64,000 nt of DNA, from positions 164,849-228,848 of the forward strand of contig PHAN01000003.1 in assembly GCA_002841695.1 (NCBI GenBank), written 5' to 3'. Of this stretch, positions 17,295-25,157 are shown piece by piece. The translations under genes were made by a program, and so were the position numbers. The notes beneath the pieces are model-generated. The model ran no database searches. It worked only from the letters and a program-made list of their open reading frames with translations, and had not been told where the DNA came from. This stretch comes from Elusimicrobia bacterium HGW-Elusimicrobia-1 (GTDB lineage: Bacteria > Elusimicrobiota > Endomicrobiia > PHAN01). Within the stretch, counting starts at the first letter, position 1. The number at the start of each line of letters is the position of its first letter.

Positions 17295-18230
17295 ATGATA
17301 ATAAGTGCCAGTCGGCGCACAGATATTCCCGCCTTTTATTCTGAATGGCTGTTTAATCGGTTTAGAGAGAGCTATTTGTTGGTGAGAAATCCCATGAATA
17401 TTCATCAGATAAGCCGTATTAATTTATCGCCACAGTTGATTGATTGTATCGTATTCTGGACAAAAAACCCAGCAGGAATGCTTAATAGATTGAACGAATT
17501 AAGGGGTTACGATTACTATTTTCAGTTTACGATTACCGGGTATGGTAAGAGTTTGGAGCCTAATGTGGCGGCACTCAATCAGAGGTTGGATATTTTTAAG
17601 ACTTTATCTGATAAAATAGGCAAAAAACGAGTAATTTGGCGTTATGACCCGATAATATTTTCAAACGATTTTGACGTTCAATATCACGTAAAAATGTTCA
17701 AGTATATCGCACAAGAGTTGGAAGGTAAAACCCAAAGGTGTGTTATTAGTTTCGTGGATTTTTATAAAAAAATACTGAAAAATATGTCATCAGTTGGACC
17801 GGCTAATTTCGATAATGCTTACTTGTTTGAAGTTGCAAATGCCCTGTCGAACGTTTCTTCGAGACATAATATAGAATTGACAAGTTGTGCTGAAGAAGTC
17901 GATCTTGCCAAATACGGGATATCCCATGGTAAGTGCATTGATGATAAACTGATCGAGGAAATCTTTAATATTCGATTAGATATTGCCAAAGATAAAACGC
18001 AAAGAGAAGAGTGCGGTTGTGTTGCCAGTATTGACATCGGTGCTTATAACACATGCCCCAACGGGTGTTTGTATTGTTACGCTAATTATGATATGAATAA
18101 GGTTCGGCATAACTATTCTTTGCATGACCCCGAGTCCCCACTCTTGTTTGGAGATATTGGGGCTAACGATAAAATAACAGAAAGAAAATTAAAAAGTTGT
18201 AAGGTGTATCAAAGGGGTTTGTTTTCTTAA
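17295..18230 (+). CDS. DUF1848-family radical-SAM-like protein
   Basis: IISASRRTDIPAFYSEW, VFWTKNP, WRYDPI, DIGAYNTCPNGCLYCYAN. Confidence 0.85.
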   Translation: MIISASRRTDIPAFYSEWLFNRFRESYLLVRNPMNIHQISRINLSPQLIDCIVFWTKNPAGMLNRLNELRGYDYYFQFTITGYGKSLEPNVAALNQRLDIFKTLSDKIGKKRVIWRYDPIIFSNDFDVQYHVKMFKYIAQELEGKTQRCVISFVDFYKKILKNMSSVGPANFDNAYLFEVANALSNVSSRHNIELTSCAEEVDLAKYGISHGKCIDDKLIEEIFNIRLDIAKDKTQREECGCVASIDIGAYNTCPNGCLYCYANYDMNKVRHNYSLHDPESPLLFGDIGANDKITERKLKSCKVYQRGLFS

Positions 18231-18297
18231 ATTTTTTTTTGACATCCCGCCGGAAAGTTCAATTTAAAGCCCCCCAAAAACGTCTCTTAAAAAACCC

Positions 18298-18349
18298 TTG
18301 ACTTCCGGTAGATTTTTTATTACAATATACATGTACAACACATGTATAT
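18298..18349 (+). promoter_or_regulatory. Sigma70 promoter with a perfect palindromic operator over the transcription start
   Basis: TTGACT(18298)-17bp-TACAAT(18321); ATATACATGT-acaac-ACATGTATAT at 18325-18349. Confidence 0.75.
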
Positions 18350-18382
18350 GTAATTAATTAAACCCCATTGGGGGATTCTACC

Positions 18383-19324
18383 ATGAATGCGCAAAGATTA
18401 AAAAAGCGTTTACCTAGTTCAGATGAAACTCAACCGTCACAGAAGATTTGCCGGATCGTAGCCACGCCGGAAGCCGAAAAAGACCTTCGTCAAAATGTGG
18501 ATAGACGGATAGATGAACTGGTTAAACGTCGTAGTGCCCAAGCCGTTGATATCGATAAGGCGGCCGGAGAGCAAAAAACTATAAGCCCTAAAGATGAGGC
18601 CACTGTGGTCAAGAAAATCAAACAACTGAATGATAAGTATTTTGCCGCAAATATTATTGAACACACTGTATGTAAAGAGCGCCGTCTCGCCCTTGGTCAG
18701 GTAAAGAAGATAGCGGGGCTTACTCGACGTCAAATAATATACTGGCAGTCAGTAGATGCGATGTTTTTTGGGCAGGAGGGCGCTTATGACCCTCGGAGAT
18801 TTTCCATTGGCGATGTTATCAAGTTGATGATTATAAAAGAGATTAAGCAAAACACGGGCATACCGCCGAAAAGATTAAACAGGTTTGTCTCGTGGATTCA
18901 AAGATATAACATCGTCGACGCCCGTCTTCACGATTTTTCCGTCGGGCGGGATATTTTTCTTTATTCGGATTTAAAGTCAATCTGGTATTCCGGTCACGGC
19001 GTGGACGGTCGGGTCCCGCAGAAATGGGGAGATAAACCGATTGTCCTTATGCCGCTCAATGATATTTTCAAAAAAGTATTGCTTAATCCTGCGGTTTTCT
19101 CCGATAAGTTTCGAGTCGAGAAACAGGGCGAGCAGTTTGTTTATTTTATAAACGGCAAGAAGTTCGATTTTGCGTCGTATAAGAATCATCCGAACCCGGG
19201 CGGACTCAAATTAACACTTCAAAAATCCGACTTGCCTATAGTTTTCAACTATCGAGTAAAGAAATACGCACTTCATAGCACTGATGGCGGAGGCCTTGTA
19301 CTGAAAAACGCTGAGTCAAAATAG
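18383..19324 (+). CDS. Protein with an internal MerR-type HTH (island regulator candidate)
   Basis: QVKKIAGLTRRQIIYWQ...RRFSIGDVIKLMIIKEIK MerR-like pattern; GGGGA RBS. Confidence 0.6.
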   Translation: MNAQRLKKRLPSSDETQPSQKICRIVATPEAEKDLRQNVDRRIDELVKRRSAQAVDIDKAAGEQKTISPKDEATVVKKIKQLNDKYFAANIIEHTVCKERRLALGQVKKIAGLTRRQIIYWQSVDAMFFGQEGAYDPRRFSIGDVIKLMIIKEIKQNTGIPPKRLNRFVSWIQRYNIVDARLHDFSVGRDIFLYSDLKSIWYSGHGVDGRVPQKWGDKPIVLMPLNDIFKKVLLNPAVFSDKFRVEKQGEQFVYFINGKKFDFASYKNHPNPGGLKLTLQKSDLPIVFNYRVKKYALHSTDGGGLVLKNAESK

Positions 19325-19373
19325 AAGTCGAATAAAAATATTTCCAAACACTTTCTCTGTTCGTAATAACTAA

Positions 19374-19458
19374 ACGGGAATCAGTCCCGTGGGTGTGAGC
19401 CGACAGAGCAGGGTATGCTTGAGGAAAAGCACGCACCCGCTCTGTCGGTTTTTATTTT
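19374..19458 (+). terminator. Structured leader/terminator upstream of the small ORF-xis-int unit
   Basis: ACGGGA-atcag-TCCCGT hairpin, then GCCGACAGAGC...GCTCTGTCGGT long stem followed by TTTTATTTT. Confidence 0.7.
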
Positions 19459-19491
19459 ACGACGTGGCGGGGCGTAACTAAGGAGAGAAAT

Positions 19492-19674
19492 ATGGCAAAG
19501 ATAGTAAAGCGTTTTGTCTGGAAGTATATAACAGTAGAGGTTATGCGACGCGGGAACGGCTGGCCCGTGGTCAGAAAAATCAGGGTTCCCACGATTGCAC
19601 GCGTCGCTTGGTACTGGAAGGTCGGCAAGCCGCCGCGATATTACCCTTACCACAGCCGCCGTCGTCGTCGGTAA
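19492..19674 (+). CDS. 60-aa highly basic Arg-rich peptide, unknown function
   Basis: AAGGAG RBS 6 nt before ATG; 18 Lys/Arg versus 1 acidic residue; ends SRRRRR. Confidence 0.55.
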   Translation: MAKIVKRFVWKYITVEVMRRGNGWPVVRKIRVPTIARVAWYWKVGKPPRYYPYHSRRRRR

Positions 19675-19718
19675 AATCGGCGGAGGATTTTGTATCCGCC
19701 TCAACAAAGGAGAAGTTT

Positions 19719-19901
19719 ATGGAAAGAAAACTACTAAAAGTCGCCGAGGCCGCGGAATATCTTGGCACGACGGAAGGCACGCTTTACGTCTGGGTTTGCA
19801 GGAAACGCATCCCTCATATAAAAATGGGCCGCAAGTTGATGTTTGACGTCTCGGATTTGGAGAAATGGATAGCATCGCAGAAAATCCCCGCGGAATCGTG
19901 A
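19719..19901 (+). CDS. xis: Excisionase / HTH_17 DNA-binding protein
   Basis: AAGGAG RBS; LLKVAEAAEYLGTTEGTLYVWVCRKRIPHIKMGRKLMFDVSDLEKWI. Confidence 0.9.
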   Translation: MERKLLKVAEAAEYLGTTEGTLYVWVCRKRIPHIKMGRKLMFDVSDLEKWIASQKIPAES

Positions 19902-19961
19902 TGATGAGTCGGGGAATTGTGATTTCTAAGGGGGAATTTAGTATCATTGAGGGGGTATATT

Positions 19962-21197
19962 ATGAGATTATTCAAAAAATGTTCTCATTGCCGGAGCCAG
20001 TTCGCGGCGACGAAGATAACCGCTGCCGCCGAAGCGGCCAAATGCCCCAAGTGCGGGGCGTCTCTTCGCGGTGCCCAGTGGTATATCGACTACTACGTGG
20101 GCTACGAGCGTAAGAGAGAGGCCGTCGGCACACAAAAGCGTTTCGCCGAGGAAGTCATAGCCAAGCGCCGCATCGAGATAAAAGAGGGGAAGTTCTTTGA
20201 CAGAAAAAAAGAGAGCGTGCACAGATTAAAAGAAATCCTCGACGACTTTCTGGCGTATTCCAAAACCAACAAGAAATCCTATGAGCGCGACATCGGACTC
20301 GTCAAGCAGCTTCTGACTTACTTCGACGGCTCCAAGCGCCTTGAGGCGGTAACGCCGATCCTCATCGAACAATACAAAGGCAAACGCCTCAACGCCGACG
20401 GAAGAAAGCCCGCGACGGTAAACCGCGAACTCGCCTGCCTCAAGTGCGCTTTCAACTGGGCGATAAAAAACGCCAAGGCGTCGGCGAACCCCGTGCGAAG
20501 CGTCAAACTCTTGAAAGAAAACAATATGCGCTTGCGCTATCTCTCGCAAGAAGAAATCGGACGGCTTCTTAACGCCTGTCCGACGACGATAAGGCGCATC
20601 GTGACCGCCGCGCTTCACACCGGAATGCGCCTGGGGGAAATACTTCCTCTCAAATGGGAAGACATTGATTTCGCTCAGAATATCATCATCCTCAAAAATA
20701 CCAAAAGCGGCCGGATGAGAGAAATCCCGATAAACGGGGTTTTGCGCAAAACGCTCAATGAGTGCCGCAAAAACACGGATGAAGTCCACGTCTTCTGCAA
20801 CGAATCGGGCGTGCCTTATCGCAGTATCAATAGCATGTTCCAGCGCATAATCAAGAAAGCGGGCATTGCCGATTTCCGGTTCCACGATTTGCGCCATACG
20901 GCGGCATCATACATGGTCATGTTGGGCATACAACTTGCCACCGTAAGGGAGATTTTGGGCCATCAGAGCATCAATATGACGCTCAGGTATGCCCACCTGT
21001 CTCAGGAGCACAAACTCACGGCAATGGAGATGTTGGGGACGCGACTCGACACCCTTTCGACACCCCGACCCCCCGATGGCCAAAACACCCGAAAAGAGGG
21101 TGATGAGAAAAGTATTGATATTTCAGCATTTTTGAGTAATCTGGAGAGGTCGCCTAGTGGTTTAGGGCGGCGGTTTGCTAAACCGCTGTCCCGCTAA
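19962..21197 (+). CDS. int: Tyrosine recombinase/integrase with an N-terminal Zn ribbon
   Basis: Catalytic HTGMRLGE, FHDLRHT, LGH, TLRYAH; PATVNRELACLK; N-terminal CSHC...CPKC; stop lies inside the tRNA. Confidence 0.95.
   Translation: MRLFKKCSHCRSQFAATKITAAAEAAKCPKCGASLRGAQWYIDYYVGYERKREAVGTQKRFAEEVIAKRRIEIKEGKFFDRKKESVHRLKEILDDFLAYSKTNKKSYERDIGLVKQLLTYFDGSKRLEAVTPILIEQYKGKRLNADGRKPATVNRELACLKCAFNWAIKNAKASANPVRSVKLLKENNMRLRYLSQEEIGRLLNACPTTIRRIVTAALHTGMRLGEILPLKWEDIDFAQNIIILKNTKSGRMREIPINGVLRKTLNECRKNTDEVHVFCNESGVPYRSINSMFQRIIKKAGIADFRFHDLRHTAASYMVMLGIQLATVREILGHQSINMTLRYAHLSQEHKLTAMEMLGTRLDTLSTPRPPDGQNTRKEGDEKSIDISAFLSNLERSPSGLGRRFAKPLSR
21046..21065 (+). repeat. Tandem TCGACACCC direct repeat (putative integrase arm-type sites)
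   Basis: Copies at 21046-21054 and 21057-21065 (11-bp period), ~80 bp from the tRNA. Confidence 0.5.
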
Positions 21198-21231
21198 AGC
21201 GGGACCGGGGGTTCGAATCCCCCCCTCTCCG
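21143..21231 (+). tRNA. tRNA-Ser(GCT)
   Basis: Acceptor GGAGAGG/CCTCTCC+G; anticodon arm GCGGT-ttGCTaa-ACCGC; long variable arm GTCCCGC-taaa-GCGGGAC; T arm GGGGG-TTCGAAT-CCCCC; CCA not encoded. Confidence 0.95.
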
Positions 21232-21486
21232 ATACCTTTTGAACAGACAGAAAGCTTTTTGGTAAGTCGAGTAAGGGCAGTTTGGGCTCTTTCGGAGACA
21301 AAATATACACCACGCCGTCATTTAAGCAAGACGCTCCGCATCTTTACCTGAAAGCCGCGGACGTCTTCGGCAACGTCGCAATCAGCGGCAAAAATTGACG
21401 GATTTCGCCGCATCTCTCTATAAAATCCAAATCCAATCGGCGTTCGATGCCCCCGTCGGCGCCTTGATAATTTCAAAGGGGGCACA

Positions 21487-22518
21487 ATGAATCCGAAAAA
21501 AATTCTCATCATAAAACCCAGCGGCATAGGCGACATCGTTCACGCCGCGCCCGTGGCCAAAGCGCTTAAAATCCTCTATCCTGCGTCGGAAATACACTGG
21601 GTGGTCTTTACGAAGTTCGCAGGTATAATGCGCTGCGTCGAGGGTGTCGACGCTCTTGTAAAATGGGATCGCAAGGGCGGGATTAAGGAATATTTCAGGG
21701 TTCTCGGTGAGATACGCCGACGTCGCTACGACATAGTCATCGACCTGCAGGGGCTTTTGCGGTCGGCTTTTTTAAACCGCTTTTCCAATGCGGCAAATAA
21801 ATTTTCCACGCCGCTTTTGCGCGAATTGGCGTGGCTCGTGGAACGTCCCGTCGAGAAATACGATCCGCGCCTGCACGCCGTCGAGCGGAATTACAGGGTG
21901 GCGGAATTTATCGCGCGAATCGAAGGCAAACAAATTCCCGCTCCGTCGGAACTCGTTCCATGGTTGAAAGTTCCCGACAGGGAGGATGGTATAGCCGCCG
22001 TCGCGCTTTCCAAGGCGTCGTTACCGGCGGCGTTTGCCGTGGCCAGCCGCGGCCGGCACAAAATCTGGCCGGCGGAAAAATTCGCAGAACTTATAAACCG
22101 CATGAGCGATCCGGCGGAGAATGTCGCTGCCGTCACGCCTGTTCTGGTAGGCAGCGCAGGCGAGCGCGACATCGCCGCGGCGGTTGTATCCAAACTTAAA
22201 CGTAAGGCCGTCAACCTGGTCGGCGAGATATCGCTCCCGGAGCTGGCGGGCGTTTTGAAAAAGTGCCGTATCGTCGTAGGAAATGATTCCGGGGTGATTC
22301 ATATAGCCGCGGCATTGGGCGTCCCCACGCTGGGTGTATTCGGAGCCACGAATCCCGTATGGTACAGGCCGTATAACGATAAGTCCGCTTATGTTTATAA
22401 AAAATGCCCGTGTTCACCCTGCGACATAAAGACCTCCTGCCGCGATTTCAAGTGCATGAAAGATATAACAGTCGAAGATGTTTTGAAAAAAGCGATGGAT
22501 ATTTTGGGGAAACGTTAA
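21487..22518 (+). CDS. GT9 LPS heptosyltransferase (WaaC/WaaF-like)
   Basis: [45 protein letters not shown]. Confidence 0.9.
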   Translation: MNPKKILIIKPSGIGDIVHAAPVAKALKILYPASEIHWVVFTKFAGIMRCVEGVDALVKWDRKGGIKEYFRVLGEIRRRRYDIVIDLQGLLRSAFLNRFSNAANKFSTPLLRELAWLVERPVEKYDPRLHAVERNYRVAEFIARIEGKQIPAPSELVPWLKVPDREDGIAAVALSKASLPAAFAVASRGRHKIWPAEKFAELINRMSDPAENVAAVTPVLVGSAGERDIAAAVVSKLKRKAVNLVGEISLPELAGVLKKCRIVVGNDSGVIHIAAALGVPTLGVFGATNPVWYRPYNDKSAYVYKKCPCSPCDIKTSCRDFKCMKDITVEDVLKKAMDILGKR

Positions 22519-22552
22519 AAATATCATAAAGCCGACCGGGAGATTATATTGT

Positions 22553-22765
22553 ATGGAAAAACAACTGGGTAAATTGATAAGCAAGTTGTCCGAAGTCAAC
22601 ATCACGCTTTGGCATGAGGAAGATAAGGCCCGCGTCGACGATGACCATCAAATCGCCGCGGCCAAAAGAAACATCGACAAATTGAACCAGCAGAGAAATG
22701 ACCTGATTGAACAAATTGATGAGTGCGTATTAAGCATATACAGGGAGGGAAAAAGCAATGGCTGA
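22553..22765 (+). CDS. DUF4254-like small helical protein
   Basis: LWHEEDKAR...[19 protein letters not shown]. Confidence 0.7.
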   Translation: MEKQLGKLISKLSEVNITLWHEEDKARVDDDHQIAAAKRNIDKLNQQRNDLIEQIDECVLSIYREGKSNG

Positions 22766-23030
22766 AACTGTGGGGAGTTTGGTCGACAAAATAACTATCG
22801 CCGACTTAAAAATATTTCATATGGGCGAACAAACTAAACGCAACGATGCCGGCGCCGAGCATATTATAAAATGCAAACAGCGGATAGATATTATGGTTTT
22901 GCAAAGGGATGACTTGATTAATGAGTTGAATCAACTTGTGAAAGATATTTTTTCCGGGGAATATAAGCCGAAAATGTATCGGCAATTCAAGATGTATAAC
23001 GACCCGAAATACGGGATAAAAACAAAATAA
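22758..23030 (+). CDS. DUF4254-like small protein (C-terminal-half type)
   Basis: [18 protein letters not shown]...QRDDL...[10 protein letters not shown]. Confidence 0.7.
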   Translation: MAETVGSLVDKITIADLKIFHMGEQTKRNDAGAEHIIKCKQRIDIMVLQRDDLINELNQLVKDIFSGEYKPKMYRQFKMYNDPKYGIKTK

Positions 23031-23088
23031 AACCAAATCACGTTTTGACATAAGCATAGTTTTACTGCGGCGGCATAAGAGCTTTTTT

Positions 23089-24099
23089 ATGAAGATAGCG
23101 GTTTTCCTTCCGAATTATATCGGCGATATTTTGATGACCACTCCCGCGATAAGATATTTGAAATTAAACTATCCCTCCGCCGAGATAACAGCGGTAGTGA
23201 AAGAGTGTTATAAGGAACTTGTGGACGAAAATCCGAATGTAGGCGGGATAATAGCGAAATCGTCCAAATATAAACTTTTAAAAGATATTATCGCCCTGAA
23301 ACCCGATGCTGTCGTATTATTCAGAACGACATTTTCCAATTCGCTTGCGGCTTTTGCCTCAGGAGCCGGATACTCCGTCGGCGTCAAAGAAGATCTTTCG
23401 AATTTATTTCTCAAAAGCGCCGTCTCCGTCGATAAAAAAAGACCATACAGGGCGGAATGCCTGGCGCTGACAAAGAAACTTTTGAACGACTATTTGAAAA
23501 TATCGGCCCCGGCCGAAGTCGATTTGACGAAAATAGATTTTACCGGATGGAATAAAGATGAAATCAGAAATACCGTAAAGAGAAAACTTGAGATGTTGGG
23601 CGTCGATACTTCGAAAAAACTTATCACTATCAGCCCCGTGGCCACGAGAAAGACAAAAATGCTGAGTGCGGCCGGATACATAAAACTTTTTGGGTTGCTG
23701 AAACTGAAATATGCGGACTGCCAAATAGTTCTTGCGGGTTCCGTGAAGGACAGGGATTACTGCCTGAATCTGGCTTGTGACGCGGGGGTAAAGTTTATCA
23801 CCGGAGATTTTAATCTCAAGGAACTGGCGGCGATGATTTCAATGAGCGAACTTTTTATATCGCCCGATACGGGCGCTTCGTATATAGCGCAGGCCGTGGG
23901 CGCGAAGACGTTTATTTATTTTACATCCACCGATCCGGAAAAGTACGGGCCGTTTTGCGAAAAAACAAAGATTGTGTACAAGCCGGTTTCCTGCTCGCCG
24001 TGCTACAAAGACGAATGTTTTCAAATAAATAAGTATCTGTGTGTCGAAAGTATAAAACCGGAAGAAATAGTTGACAAGATATCCGGATTGGAATCGTGA
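23089..24099 (+). CDS. GT9 heptosyltransferase-like protein
   Basis: PNYIGDILMTTP; FISPDTGASYIAQAVG; C-terminal CSPC. Confidence 0.9.
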   Translation: MKIAVFLPNYIGDILMTTPAIRYLKLNYPSAEITAVVKECYKELVDENPNVGGIIAKSSKYKLLKDIIALKPDAVVLFRTTFSNSLAAFASGAGYSVGVKEDLSNLFLKSAVSVDKKRPYRAECLALTKKLLNDYLKISAPAEVDLTKIDFTGWNKDEIRNTVKRKLEMLGVDTSKKLITISPVATRKTKMLSAAGYIKLFGLLKLKYADCQIVLAGSVKDRDYCLNLACDAGVKFITGDFNLKELAAMISMSELFISPDTGASYIAQAVGAKTFIYFTSTDPEKYGPFCEKTKIVYKPVSCSPCYKDECFQINKYLCVESIKPEEIVDKISGLES

Positions 24100-25157
24100 T
24101 GGCGAATAACGGAACATTTAATAATATTCTCGTTCGCGGCGTGGATACCGTGGGGACATTTGTCCTGGCGACACCTTTTTACAGGGCGTTGCGAAGGAAT
24201 TACCCTTCGTCAAAAATAGTTTTATGCATAAAACCGCTGGTCAGAGAACTTGCCGCGAATTGCCCGTATATGGACGAGGTTATCATATATGATAAAAAGA
24301 AATACGGCGGTGAGTTCGGTTTCATAAGAGAGCTGAGGTCGAGGCAATTCGACGCCGCTTTCGTTTTGTCGGGCAGTTTCCATTCGGCGCTGATTTGTTA
24401 TCTGGCGGGAATCAAAAACACGATAGGTTACCCGCACGACAGGCGCGGATTTTTGCTTACCCATAAAATACCCGACAACAATAAACACTGCGTCGAGTAT
24501 CTTTTGAATATAATTGAACAACTTGGCGGGGCAGTCGAAAGCAGGGAGCCGGAATTATGGTTTTCCGACGATGATTTTTCAAAAGGGTCGCAAATATTGA
24601 AAGCGGCGGGATTAAACCGCGATGATAAAATTATCGGCATCGGTTTCGGCGCTGCCGGAGAGAGCGCCCGACGGTGGCCCACCGAAAATTGGACAGGGCT
24701 AATCAGAAATATTATTGAAGACAAAAGAGTGAAAGTTGTCTTGTTCGGCACAAAAAAAGATTTAGAGGAATCTGCTGTGATTGAAAGAGGCGTGGCCGAC
24801 GGAAGATTGATAAATCTTATAAACAGAACCAATACGGTCAAATTAGCCGAGTTCGCGGCTTGCGTTAAAGGATGCGCGGCGTACGTTTCCGTCGATACCG
24901 GCGGAATCCACGTCGCGGCCGCGCTGGGAGTTCCGGTTGTCGGCCTCTATGTGCCCGGCTCCGACGACAGGTGGGGCGCCAGGACTTTGAAAGGCGGTCC
25001 CGCACCGTCGCTGATATCAAAAAAAACGCCCTGCGCCCCGTGCGACCAGTCGAAGATGCGCCGTTGCCGCGATAACATTTGCATGCGCGCGATAACCGCG
25101 GAAGATGTCGGGCGCGCGCTGATCGGCGTGCCCCCCGCCCCGCCCTCCGTGCGATAA
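24099..25157 (+). CDS. GT9 heptosyltransferase-like protein (WaaF-like)
   Basis: RRWPTENW; VSVDTGGIHVAAALGVPVVGLY; CAPC. Confidence 0.9.
   Translation: MANNGTFNNILVRGVDTVGTFVLATPFYRALRRNYPSSKIVLCIKPLVRELAANCPYMDEVIIYDKKKYGGEFGFIRELRSRQFDAAFVLSGSFHSALICYLAGIKNTIGYPHDRRGFLLTHKIPDNNKHCVEYLLNIIEQLGGAVESREPELWFSDDDFSKGSQILKAAGLNRDDKIIGIGFGAAGESARRWPTENWTGLIRNIIEDKRVKVVLFGTKKDLEESAVIERGVADGRLINLINRTNTVKLAEFAACVKGCAAYVSVDTGGIHVAAALGVPVVGLYVPGSDDRWGARTLKGGPAPSLISKKTPCAPCDQSKMRRCRDNICMRAITAEDVGRALIGVPPAPPSVR

Larger units (their letters stand above)
1..21231 (+). mobile_element. Integrative genomic island (right part), integrated at the 5' side of tRNA-Ser; left end lies outside the window
   Basis: xis + tyrosine integrase abutting and overlapping a tRNA; heterogeneous, often AT-richer cargo with restriction/TA genes; abrupt switch to housekeeping LPS genes after the tRNA. 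Confidence 0.8.

Noticed and set aside
19380-19400. TCAGTCCCGTG as a PyrR binding loop
   Set aside because: It lacks the following AGGCT half of the motif, and no pyrimidine genes lie downstream
21115-21142. TTGATA-16-TAATCT as the tRNA promoter
   Set aside because: The -10 box would end directly at the first tRNA base, leaving no room for a transcription start
1-21197. Whole island as an integron cassette array
   Set aside because: The integrase is phage-type with xis and a tRNA target, is co-oriented with the cargo, and no complete attC sites were found between genes
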